A DNA stretch of 37,764 nt from an uncultured bacterium (GTDB taxonomy: Bacteria; Planctomycetota; UBA1135). The stretch spans positions 1 to 37,764 of the forward strand of contig CAXGOF010000001.1 of the NCBI GenBank assembly GCA_964011335.1. Reading direction: 5' to 3'. Shown here piece by piece: positions 8,048 through 16,792 of the stretch. The first letter of the stretch is position 1; every line of letters begins with the position of its first letter. Position numbers and translations under genes: made by a program. The notes beneath the pieces were generated by a model that was given only the letters and a program-made list of their open reading frames with translations, was not told the origin of the DNA and ran no database searches.

Positions 8048-11000
8048 TTACATGCCGCGTCGGTACTGACCGCCAACTCGGTATAGCTCATCGCTAATTT
8101 GGCCTAGCGTACAATGCTTAGCACACTCCATTAGTTCGGTGAACACATTGTCTTTACGCAGTGCAACTTCGCGCAATCGCGACAAGCTTTCGCCCGCGGC
8201 ATCCGCTTTACGTCGATGAATGGCCGCAACCTGCTGAACTTGCGACTGCTTTTCTTCGTCCGAAGAACGAATGAGGTCGACACGCACAACTTCGCCTTCA
8301 ACGGCGTTAGGGTTAATGAAAGTGTTAACGCCAATAATCGGTAATTCTCCAGAATGCTTTTGCGATTCGTAGAGCATGGACTCTTCTTGAATCTTCCCGC
8401 GCTGATACATGGTTTCCATTGCACCAAGTACGCCTCCGCGATCGCTTAAGCGTTCAAATTCAGAGAGAACAGCTTCCTCAACTAACTCAGTTAGCTCTTC
8501 GATGATGAACGAACCCTGTAATGGGTTTTCGTTCTTCGCTTGGCCGAGTTCTTTATTGATAATCATTTGAATCGCTAGGGCGCGGCGCACCGAGTCCTCT
8601 GTTGGAGTCGTAATGGCCTCGTCATAGGCATTCGTGTGCAAGCTTTGGCAGTTGTCGTATATCGCATAAAGAGCTTGTAGGGTGGTGCGAATGTCATTGA
8701 AGTCAATCTCTTGAGCATGCAACGAACGACCACTTGTCTGAATGTGGTACTTAAGTTTTTGTGAGCGTTCACTCGCGGAGTAACAGTCGCGCAATGCAAT
8801 CGACCAAATGCGTCGCGCAACGCGTCCGATGACACTGTATTCTGCATCGATGCCATTCGAAAAGAAAAACGAAAGGTTATGCGCGAAGCTATCGACTTCC
8901 ATGCCGCGAGAGCGATAGTACTCGACGAATGTGAAACCGTTTGATAAGGTAAAGGCAAGCTGTGAAATTGGATTCGCTCCTGCCTCGGCAATGTGATATC
9001 CCGAAATGGACACGGAGTAAAAATTGCGAACCTTTTCGTCAACAAAGTACTGCTGAATATCGCCCATCACTTTTAGCGCGAACTCGGTGCTAAAAATACA
9101 AGTGTTCTGCGCTTGATCTTCTTTGAGAATGTCAGCTTGAACCGTCCCGCGTACTGCTTGCAGAGTAGTGTTTTTGATTTCTAAGTATTCATCCGCATCG
9201 ATGAGTTCATCGCCTGTTACACCGAGTAAGCCAAGACCGAAGCCGTCATGCCCCTCGGGCAAATCGCCACGGTATTGTGGTTGCTCGCCATCGCACAGCT
9301 CATTAATTTTTTTCTGCGCATCTAGCCAGCGACTCGTTTCTTTCAGGCGCCGCTCGACTTGCTGGTCGATGGCGGTATTCAAAAAGAAGGCAAGCATCAT
9401 CGGCGCAGGACCGTTGATGGTCATGGACACCGATGTCGACGGTGCACATAAATCAAAGCCAGAGTACAGACGCTTGGCATCATCAAGTGAGCAAATGGAC
9501 ACACCAGAGTTGCCGACTTTTCCGTAGATGTCCGGGCGCGAATCGGGGTCTTCGCCGTACAGTGTCACCGAGTCGAATGCCGTAGACAAACGCACAGCAG
9601 CTTGACCACGGCTTACATAATGGAAACGACGGTTAGTGCGCTCGGCTGTTCCTTCCCCAGCAAACATACGAGCGGGGTCTTCGCCAGTGCGCTTAAACGG
9701 GAATACTCCAGCGGTGTAGGGGAATTCTCCAGGAAGGTTCTCATGAGAAAACCACAAAATGAGGTCGTCCCAATTGTTGGTTTTTGGCAAAGCAACTTTT
9801 GGTACGCGCAAACCAGATAAGGTCATTATTGACGCTGGCACGGTAATATCGCGTCCGCGAACTTGGTATGTGAACGCATCTTGACAGTACCGCGCACGAA
9901 TTTGTGGCCAGTTGTAAAGTTGCTCGCGAATACGGGAATCCATCTCGCGAATTAACTCTTGGTATCTTTGGCGTAAAACCAAAATTCCAGCGTCGACGGT
10001 ATCGTCTACTATCTGGTCGGCAGTGTATTCAGAGTTAATCGGAGGGACATCATCGCCAAGTTCAGCTAACGTGCGTGCCAGCGCCTGCGCGCGACATGCC
10101 GTTTCGGCATCGCTGACACTACGTGATTTATGATTACGCACGGCGTTGGCAATGTCAGAAAGGTAATGCACTCGATCAGCAGGGATTACTGTCGGAATAT
10201 CTTTGCGCCCTCCGCTGAGTCCTTCCGTTACCCAGTCTTGATTGCTAAAAGCATTAATCTGGGGCATGAGCCAATTAAACAATTTATCAACGCCATCATC
10301 ACCGAAGCGTGATGCCGAACATAAGAACACGGGCATTTCCTCTAGGTCGGTTTCAAATAAGTTGTGATTGCGTTGATATGTTTTTGCAACTTCACGCTTG
10401 GCGTCTAGCGCCCCTTTTTTGTCGGCTTTATTCAGAACGACACAGTTAGCGAAGTCGAGCATGTCTATTTTTTCTAACTGAGTTGGCGCGCCAAATTCGG
10501 GCGTCATCACATAAAGAGAAAAATCGCACAAATCAGTGACGGCCGAATCGCTTTGACCGATACCAGCGGTCTCTAAAATAATGCAATCGAACCCAAAAGC
10601 GCGCATCGCATTCAAAGAGTCGCATACAGACTCTGAGGTTGCCAGGTTTGCACGTCGTGTCGCCATTGAACGCATGAACACACGTTCATCTTGCACCGAG
10701 TTCATGCGAATGCGATCTCCGAGTAAAGCACCACCAGTGCGGCGACTAGAGGGGTCTACAGACAAAATCGCGATGTTACGCGTTGGGTATGAAATTAAAT
10801 AGCGGCGCACCAGCTCGTCAGTTAGCGAAGATTTGCCAGCGCCACCGGTTCCAGTAACACCAATGATTGGCGTGATATCATCGCAATGCGTGGCTGCGAG
10901 CTTGCCATGCGAATTTTCAATAACACTAATCGCTTGCGCAAGCTGCTCGGGCTTACCGCTCGCTATTGCAGCATCGACGTCGTTAATCTCAACTTTGGGG

Positions 11001-11419
11001 CTTGCCAAAGTTAGGTCAATCATGTTTTGAATCATTCCGACCAAGCCCATTAAGCGTCCGTCTTCAACAGAGTATATTTTTTCTATACCGTAATCGTTTA
11101 GTTCGGAACACTCTTCATCGGTAATAGTGCCACCACCGCCACCAAATACTTTGATATGCGAGCAGTTATTCTCAGCAAGTAGATCGACCATGAATTTAAA
11201 ATACTCAATGTGCCCACCCTGGTATGAAGAAATTGCAATACCATCGGCGTTTTCTTCGATAGCGGCTTTGACAATCTCTTGCACGCCACGGTTGTGACCG
11301 AGGTGTATTACCTCGACACCTTCTTGCTGTAGAACGCGACGCATAATGTTAATTGCTGCATCGTGGCCATCGAAGAGGGCAGCAGATGTTACGAATCGGA
11401 GTTTGCGGGGTTCAGTCAT
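8048..11419 (-). CDS. icmF: fused isobutyryl-CoA mutase IcmF (B12-binding domain + MeaB-like GTPase + acyl-CoA mutase catalytic domain)
   Basis: N-terminal RFVTSAALFDGHDAAINIMRR (B12 DxHxxG-type motif), P-loop GVTGTGGAGKSSL and NKADK G-domain motifs, and a long C-terminal mutase domain. The length and domain order are those of IcmF. The track start at 11446 is a GTG, so I prefer the ATG at 11419 (MTEPRKLRFV...), 2 nt after the merR-like stop. Confidence 0.9.
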   Translation of the reverse strand: MTEPRKLRFVTSAALFDGHDAAINIMRRVLQQEGVEVIHLGHNRGVQEIVKAAIEENADGIAISSYQGGHIEYFKFMVDLLAENNCSHIKVFGGGGGTITDEECSELNDYGIEKIYSVEDGRLMGLVGMIQNMIDLTLASPKVEINDVDAAIASGKPEQLAQAISVIENSHGKLAATHCDDITPIIGVTGTGGAGKSSLTDELVRRYLISYPTRNIAILSVDPSSRRTGGALLGDRIRMNSVQDERVFMRSMATRRANLATSESVCDSLNAMRAFGFDCIILETAGIGQSDSAVTDLCDFSLYVMTPEFGAPTQLEKIDMLDFANCVVLNKADKKGALDAKREVAKTYQRNHNLFETDLEEMPVFLCSASRFGDDGVDKLFNWLMPQINAFSNQDWVTEGLSGGRKDIPTVIPADRVHYLSDIANAVRNHKSRSVSDAETACRAQALARTLAELGDDVPPINSEYTADQIVDDTVDAGILVLRQRYQELIREMDSRIREQLYNWPQIRARYCQDAFTYQVRGRDITVPASIMTLSGLRVPKVALPKTNNWDDLILWFSHENLPGEFPYTAGVFPFKRTGEDPARMFAGEGTAERTNRRFHYVSRGQAAVRLSTAFDSVTLYGEDPDSRPDIYGKVGNSGVSICSLDDAKRLYSGFDLCAPSTSVSMTINGPAPMMLAFFLNTAIDQQVERRLKETSRWLDAQKKINELCDGEQPQYRGDLPEGHDGFGLGLLGVTGDELIDADEYLEIKNTTLQAVRGTVQADILKEDQAQNTCIFSTEFALKVMGDIQQYFVDEKVRNFYSVSISGYHIAEAGANPISQLAFTLSNGFTFVEYYRSRGMEVDSFAHNLSFFFSNGIDAEYSVIGRVARRIWSIALRDCYSASERSQKLKYHIQTSGRSLHAQEIDFNDIRTTLQALYAIYDNCQSLHTNAYDEAITTPTEDSVRRALAIQMIINKELGQAKNENPLQGSFIIEELTELVEEAVLSEFERLSDRGGVLGAMETMYQRGKIQEESMLYESQKHSGELPIIGVNTFINPNAVEGEVVRVDLIRSSDEEKQSQVQQVAAIHRRKADAAGESLSRLREVALRKDNVFTELMECAKHCTLGQISDELYRVGGQYRRGM

Positions 11420-11804
11420 GTTGTTGTTTATAGATGATGCGTTCACGATATTTATTTAATTCTTCAAGTAGCTGATTTAATTCGAGAATGCGCTCAGAAA
11501 CTTGCGCAGTGCGAACCGCTAACAATTGTTCGAGTTGCTGCAGCATCGCAGGGGTAGCGCCACTGACGAAGCTGTCATTGAGTTCGCCAATTTCACCTAG
11601 TGAAAGTCCCAGGTGCTTGAGGCGTGAGATGAAGCGCAGTCTCTCGATGGCGTCATTGCTGTACAGACGGCGCCCGCCAGGACCGCGATCGGTGGCTGGG
11701 AGTAGCTTTAGCTCGCCGTAATAGCGAATGGTGCGGGTGCTAACACCCGCCAATTTTGACAATTCAGAAATGTCGTAGTTGTGTGCTGCCGACGCCATAT
11801 ACAT
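11412..11804 (-). CDS. MerR-family transcriptional regulator (LiuR-like by context)
   Basis: N-terminal HTH YDISELSKLAGVSTRTIRYYGELKLLP...R.Y followed by a C-terminal coiled-coil, the MerR architecture. It sits immediately upstream of icmF and is translationally coupled to it. A second in-frame ATG at 11798 is an alternative start. Confidence 0.9.
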   Translation of the reverse strand: MYMASAAHNYDISELSKLAGVSTRTIRYYGELKLLPATDRGPGGRRLYSNDAIERLRFISRLKHLGLSLGEIGELNDSFVSGATPAMLQQLEQLLAVRTAQVSERILELNQLLEELNKYRERIIYKQQHD

Positions 11805-11839
11805 ATCTTATCATATAGATGACAGTTAGCGTCAACTGT
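11805..11839 (-). promoter_or_regulatory. candidate MerR-type promoter/operator: inverted repeat ACAGTT-N6-AACTGT overlapping a -35-like TTGACG, with a 19-nt spacer to TAAGAT
   Basis: Perfect 6-bp inverted-repeat arms at 11822..11827 and 11834..11839. On the minus strand, TTGACG (11835..11830) is followed by 19 nt and then TAAGAT (11810..11805), which abuts the ATG. A 19-nt spacer is the hallmark of MerR-family promoters. Confidence 0.3.
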
Positions 11840-11915
11840 AATCATGGGAAATATTTAATAAATAAAGCGCCGAGAACCACGGCTAGCAGCATTTTTTTTA
11901 GGAAATCGCAATATG

Positions 11916-11951
11916 GTAAAGAAAAATCTAAAGAAAAAGCTAAAGAAAAAT
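11916..11951. repeat. 3 x 12-bp tandem A-tract repeat (gtaaagaaaaat / ctaaagaaaaag / ctaaagaaaaat)
   Basis: Read directly from the sequence in the 278-bp merR/msrB intergenic region. The A5 tracts are phased at 12 bp. Confidence 0.7.
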
Positions 11952-12082
11952 AAATATCAAGCCGATTAAATAAAAGCTACAAGAGGTGCAAGCCTATTCT
12001 GACTGCAGGGGATGGCAGAACGAATTTTACGAGTGGCGAAGGGGAAAGGAGACCAATGATTGGCAACAGTCGTTGGTTTTTC

Positions 12083-12559
12083 CTATTTATCGCTTCTTAC
12101 TAGGGTTAAAGCTGCTGAATTCATGCAGTAGCGCTTTCCTGTTGGCTGTGGGCCATCGTCAAACACGTGCCCTAAGTGTGCATCACACTCTCCACAACGC
12201 ACCTCAGTGCGTTCGCGAAACAGCTTGCGATCAGAGTGCAGGCTCACAGCGCTATCGTCTATAGGTTGCCAATAGCTGGGCCAACCTGTGCCCGACTCGT
12301 ATTTGCTATCAGAGGAGAACAGTGGGTTAGAACAACATACGCACTTGTAGTAACCATCCGCCTTCTCGTCCCAGTACTCGCCGCTGAAAGCTGGCTCAGT
12401 TCCGCCTTTTTGAGTAACTTCGTACTGTATGTCACTCAAAACTGGCTTGGTTCGACCTTCTGGACTCATTTTATCGGGTATTTCGTTCAAACTTTCGTTT
12501 TTACTGCACCCTAATATCAGAAAAGCGCATAAAGGCAGCATATATTCGGTTATTCCCAT
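12083..12559 (-). CDS. msrB: peptide-methionine (R)-S-oxide reductase MsrB, lipoprotein-type signal
   Basis: Two CxxC zinc motifs (CVCCSNPLF and CGECDAHLGHVF), GTGWPS, and the catalytic RYCMNS. N-terminus LPLCAFLILGCS has a lipobox. Confidence 0.9.
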   Translation of the reverse strand: MGITEYMLPLCAFLILGCSKNESLNEIPDKMSPEGRTKPVLSDIQYEVTQKGGTEPAFSGEYWDEKADGYYKCVCCSNPLFSSDSKYESGTGWPSYWQPIDDSAVSLHSDRKLFRERTEVRCGECDAHLGHVFDDGPQPTGKRYCMNSAALTLVRSDK

Positions 12560-12603
12560 AATATTATCGTAATCTAACGCAAGATTATATGTAAGCTATA
12601 TTC

Positions 12604-14064
12604 ATGAAGATTTTCCGCATCACCCTTGTGCTAAGCCTTTTGAGCTTGGCAATGAACTCGGCCGCAGCGCAAACCAAGCTTAAACTTGAGCAGGTTGGTG
12701 GCAACTTTAGCAAGCCACTGTTGGTTACTAGTGCTCCTGGCGAGACGAACCGAATGTTCGTTGTTGACCAAAACGGTAAAATATTCGTTGTTAAAGATGG
12801 AATACAGTTAAATACGCCATTCCTGGATGTAAGCGCACTTAACTCAAGCGGTGGCGAGCGCGGGTTGCTCGGTTTGGCTTTTCATCCGCAGTATGCGTCG
12901 AATGGATACTTCTTTATTAACTTCACCGATAACTCTGGGGATACACAAGTTTCAAGATACCAAGTGAGTGCTGGTAATCCCAACGTCGCAAATCCTAGTA
13001 GTCGCTCTGATATCCTTTTTATTGATCAGCCCTATAGTAATCACAACGGTGGATGTATTCGCTTTGGTCCAGATGGTTATTTGTACATAGCCACAGGTGA
13101 TGGCGGTTCAGCCAACGATCCGGGGAACCGTGCACAAAATGGTTCTTCACTGCTTGGGAAGATGCTACGCATCGATATTGACGGCGCATCACCTTACGCT
13201 ATTCCACCGAGTAATCCTTTTGTAACCAATTCAAGCGTGCGCGATGAAATTTGGGCTTTAGGCCTTCGTAATCCATGGCGTTTTAATTTTGATTCGGCCA
13301 CTGGCGATATGTATATATCCGACGTTGGGCAAAACGATTGGGAGTACATTCACTTCGAGCCGGCTGGCGATGCTGGTGGCCGCAATTACGGCTGGAAAAT
13401 ACTTGAAGGTTCGCATTGTTTTTCACCTTCAAATAACTGTAATACAGCTGGTCTAGAGATGCCAATTTTTGAATATGGTCACTCTTTTTGGCCGACAGCT
13501 AATTATTGCATTATTGGTTCTGAAATTTATCGCGGTAAGGCAATGGCGCGAATGAGCGGGCGTTATTTTTTCAGCGATGCCGGTAGTCAAGATTTGTTGT
13601 CATTTCGCTATAACAGTACAACCAATACTGTAAGCAATTATGTTGATCACACAGCGGAAACTAATGTCTCAGGTTCAGCGTCATCGCTTGGCATGGATGG
13701 TAACGGTGAAATTTATGTTTGTCGTACCCCAAACATCTATAAAATTGTTCCTGCCGAGATGCGCCTGCTTGTTCCTAGTCTAACGACTGGGACCCAAGCT
13801 GTTATTTACGTGACAGCAGCGTCGTCTAATTCGCCGACCTATCTCGCCTACTCATTTCAAGGTTTAGGTAACACACCAGTTTCGCAATTGAGCGTGGTGT
13901 TGTCATTGAGTAGTCCACAATTGGCTGCAACAGCAACTTCTAATGCTGGCGGTATCGCCTCCTACTCGGTAGTGCCGCCAGCAAGACTGTTCGGCCGTAC
14001 AATTTGGCTACAAGCAGCTCAGCAGGGTCAGACGTCGAACGTATTTGAAGCTACGTTTAATTAA
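12604..14064 (+). CDS. PQQ-dependent sugar (glucose/sorbosone) dehydrogenase family beta-propeller with an extra ~100-aa C-terminal module
   Basis: Signal peptide, then ERGLLGLAFHPQY, YSNHNGGCIRFGPDGYLYIATGDGG and WALGLRNPWRF, which are signatures of soluble GSDH-type dehydrogenases. Confidence 0.85.
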   Translation: MKIFRITLVLSLLSLAMNSAAAQTKLKLEQVGGNFSKPLLVTSAPGETNRMFVVDQNGKIFVVKDGIQLNTPFLDVSALNSSGGERGLLGLAFHPQYASNGYFFINFTDNSGDTQVSRYQVSAGNPNVANPSSRSDILFIDQPYSNHNGGCIRFGPDGYLYIATGDGGSANDPGNRAQNGSSLLGKMLRIDIDGASPYAIPPSNPFVTNSSVRDEIWALGLRNPWRFNFDSATGDMYISDVGQNDWEYIHFEPAGDAGGRNYGWKILEGSHCFSPSNNCNTAGLEMPIFEYGHSFWPTANYCIIGSEIYRGKAMARMSGRYFFSDAGSQDLLSFRYNSTTNTVSNYVDHTAETNVSGSASSLGMDGNGEIYVCRTPNIYKIVPAEMRLLVPSLTTGTQAVIYVTAASSNSPTYLAYSFQGLGNTPVSQLSVVLSLSSPQLAATATSNAGGIASYSVVPPARLFGRTIWLQAAQQGQTSNVFEATFN

Positions 14065-14777
14065 TGACACGAGTGTTGTTGGGTAGTGGCGGCTTTCGTG
14101 GAGAAGCGCGCCGCGACTTTCTGTGCGCGGAAATGCGGGAATTCTTTGGCGATATCCAGCAGTTGCTGTTCGTGCCTTATGCCGGTGGCGACTACGACAA
14201 GTATGTCAATCTAATGATTGACGCTGGGTTTCACGCGGGCTACGACTTAGTTGGCATTCACACTTTCGATGATGCTGCGGCAGCTGTAGAAAATGCTGAA
14301 GCCGTTTACGTTGGCGGGGGTAATACTTTTCGCTTAATAGACAAACTGCACAGCAATGGGACATTGCAGGCCTTAAAACAACGCGTCGCAGGCGGTATGC
14401 CTTACATGGGAGTGAGCGCTGGTTCAAACGTGGCCTGTCCAACCATGCAAACCACTAACGATATGCCGATTGTTTACCCACCATCGTTTGACAGCTTACA
14501 TATAGTTCCATATCAACTAAACGCACATTACTTTGATGGCGCAACATTTGTTAAGCATAACGACGCATTCGAACAGCACTTCGGAGAAACGCGGTTAGAT
14601 CGTATTCGCGAGTTTCATGAGTGTAATGACGCACCAGTTATAGGGCTGCGCGAGGGTAGTATTATCGTTCATGAACACGGTAAAGCGTTGCTGCGAGGTA
14701 ATAGCTGCGCTATATTCTTGAAAGGGAAGAAGGCCAAAGAAGTTGCCGACGGTAGCGACCTTTTTGACTATCTATAG
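14064..14777 (+). CDS. pepE: dipeptidase E (peptidase family S51)
   Basis: YVGGGNTFRLIDKL...MPYMGVSAGSNVACPTMQTTNDMPIV matches the PepE Ser-nucleophile region. The start overlaps the upstream stop (TAATG). Confidence 0.85.
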   Translation: MTRVLLGSGGFRGEARRDFLCAEMREFFGDIQQLLFVPYAGGDYDKYVNLMIDAGFHAGYDLVGIHTFDDAAAAVENAEAVYVGGGNTFRLIDKLHSNGTLQALKQRVAGGMPYMGVSAGSNVACPTMQTTNDMPIVYPPSFDSLHIVPYQLNAHYFDGATFVKHNDAFEQHFGETRLDRIREFHECNDAPVIGLREGSIIVHEHGKALLRGNSCAIFLKGKKAKEVADGSDLFDYL

Positions 14778-14799
14778 CATCTTCTAAGAAGGCAGTGCT

Positions 14800-15723
14800 T
14801 CACTTTACAACGCGTTCTACTTCATAGCCCATGCCTTTGAGCAATGCGCCGACCCCATGAGGTCCGGCAAAGTGCAATGCTCCAAAGGCATAGAAAGTCA
14901 CAGACTCTGGATTGGCTTTGATGCGCTTGTTGATACGGTCAGCCATGTTGTCATTGCGCACAGTGAGCAAGGCATCGAAGGCATCCTTTTCTAGTTGGCT
15001 AGCGTCAAGCAGGTTGGCATTGGCGAGTTCCCATAGGCCATCGATGTCACCTTCAAGGTAGTCATTAAGCATTAACTCGGTATCCGAAATTTCGTTGTCG
15101 GCTTTTTCAATCATGCTGTCAACGGCTATACCTAACAATTTAATTTGATCTTCTTCGCTGCCGAAGGCGAGTACCGCAAGTTGCTCATCGATGGTTTCGA
15201 TTCCACCTACTTCTTTGCCTTCTTCGCGTGCGCGATTATTCAGTTGCATGTCCAATGCAACACCTTGCATATAAGGCATCGCTTCAATCATCTGCAAATA
15301 CATGCCCACCATCCAGGGGCGCCATTTATTCACCATATTCATGACCATTTTGTCTGATTTAACCAATTCATTTATTTTGGCATACATGTCGGCAGATATC
15401 AGATCGCTCAGGTAGGTGCCCTCAGGCAACATGGACTCTACGTTGACCCTCGCTGACAATTCAATTTGAGACTCTTTAAGCTCGGTAAAGATGGCGTCGG
15501 AATCGGTAAAAGCAGCTTCAACGGCAGGTGCCAAGGTCGTAACCCGCGGATCGGCAACGTGCATAGTGCCAAATAGGTACGAGGTGTTGTTCTCGCTAGT
15601 GACCTTCCAGAGCAAGGGGTTCTGCCCGGTGACGCTTGGCGTCGGTGCTCCCTCAGAGCATGATATGAAGACACTTCCGATTGTCAGCGCAGTAATTACG
15701 CAATATTTAATCCACTTATTCAT
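14800..15723 (-). CDS. TraB/GumN family protein (lipoprotein signal)
   Basis: PLLWKVTSENNTSYLFGTMHVADPR and C-terminal FYAFGALHFAGPHGV are TraB/GumN family signatures. N-terminal lipobox FISC. Confidence 0.8.
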   Translation of the reverse strand: MNKWIKYCVITALTIGSVFISCSEGAPTPSVTGQNPLLWKVTSENNTSYLFGTMHVADPRVTTLAPAVEAAFTDSDAIFTELKESQIELSARVNVESMLPEGTYLSDLISADMYAKINELVKSDKMVMNMVNKWRPWMVGMYLQMIEAMPYMQGVALDMQLNNRAREEGKEVGGIETIDEQLAVLAFGSEEDQIKLLGIAVDSMIEKADNEISDTELMLNDYLEGDIDGLWELANANLLDASQLEKDAFDALLTVRNDNMADRINKRIKANPESVTFYAFGALHFAGPHGVGALLKGMGYEVERVVK

Positions 15724-15760
15724 TTGTTAAGTATAACCAAGCGTACTAGTCTAGTGTTTA

Positions 15761-16792
15761 ATGGATACTGCCAACCGTACCTTTGTCGCGCTACTCGCAA
15801 TCATCACTACTATTCTTGTGGGCTGGGTGTTACATGTCGGGGCCAGCATTTTGCAGCCGCTGGTTATCGCTTTTTTACTTGCCTCAATGTTGCAGCCAGT
15901 TATTGTTAGGCTTGCACGGCTGAAAATTCCGCCAACGATTGCAGTCGTGTTCTTAGTGGCGCTGATTGGTTTAGGCTTGGCTCAGGGCGGTTTGATGCTG
16001 CAGTCGTCTATCGAAGATTTCTTTACTAACTCAGGTGCAGAAACATTAGTCGACGGCGTGCATGACCAATTGGTGAAGTCGTCCATTCCTGAGAGAGTGC
16101 AAAACTTAATCGTGGACTCTCTTAAAAAATCCGACTTGCAGGGAGTCGCTAGTGAGCTGATTGGCGGCGGCGTTGGGTTTGCAAAAGGTTTGATGTTAAT
16201 AATGATTTACATGAGCTTTATCTTTGCTGAGCAAAAAATATTCAGGCGTAAAATTTTGTCCATTGCCGGAGATCGTGAAGCAGAAGCTTCGCAGATGCTA
16301 GAAAAAATGGCGCGTGGCATTCAACGCTATCTTTCTGTGAAAACGGTCGTGTCGTTGCTGACGGGTTCACTGTGCTACGTCGTGCTTGTAAGCCTCGATG
16401 TGCCATATGCTTTGTTGTTTAGCCTGTTAACTTTCCTGCTGAACTTCATCCCAACTTTCGGCTCAATTATCGCAGGATTCTTCCCGACCATTACAGCGCT
16501 AGGTAGTGGCGCACCATGGTCAACAGCACTCACCGTGATGGGGGCCTATTTGGTAATCAATTTGACGCTAGGCTCATATATCGAACCTAAAATACTCGGA
16601 CGCGAACTCAATCTCTCACCACTAGTCGTCGTGGTGTCCGTTGTGGTGTGGGCTGGAATATGGGGAGTTGTCGGCGCGTTTTTGGCAGTGCCTCTGACTT
16701 CAGCCATTCAGATTATGCTGCTCAGCTCTGAGCGTACACGACCAGTGGCGATATTACTTAGCATCGGACCCGGCGAAAAGAGTAAAGGCTAA
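15761..16792 (+). CDS. AI-2E family transporter (PerM/UPF0118)
   Basis: Multi-pass membrane protein with NFIPTFGSIIAGFFP and LSPLVVVVSVVVWAGIWGVVGAFLAVPL, typical of AI-2E/PerM permeases. Confidence 0.85.
   Translation: MDTANRTFVALLAIITTILVGWVLHVGASILQPLVIAFLLASMLQPVIVRLARLKIPPTIAVVFLVALIGLGLAQGGLMLQSSIEDFFTNSGAETLVDGVHDQLVKSSIPERVQNLIVDSLKKSDLQGVASELIGGGVGFAKGLMLIMIYMSFIFAEQKIFRRKILSIAGDREAEASQMLEKMARGIQRYLSVKTVVSLLTGSLCYVVLVSLDVPYALLFSLLTFLLNFIPTFGSIIAGFFPTITALGSGAPWSTALTVMGAYLVINLTLGSYIEPKILGRELNLSPLVVVVSVVVWAGIWGVVGAFLAVPLTSAIQIMLLSSERTRPVAILLSIGPGEKSKG

Noticed and set aside
8048-11446. Longer icmF start at 11446, and likewise 4425, 17313, 876 and 530 for other genes
   Set aside because: Some track ORFs begin at GTG or TTG (I checked 11446, 4425 and 17313 by hand), while 876 and 530 simply extend through the SMUG1/methyltransferase divergent region antisense to the neighbouring gene. 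In each case an in-frame ATG slightly downstream gives a better N-terminus (a signal peptide or conserved start) and removes overlaps. The longer forms remain possible.
11986-12264. 92-aa plus-strand ORF
   Set aside because: Two-thirds of it is antisense to msrB. It has no motifs or start context.
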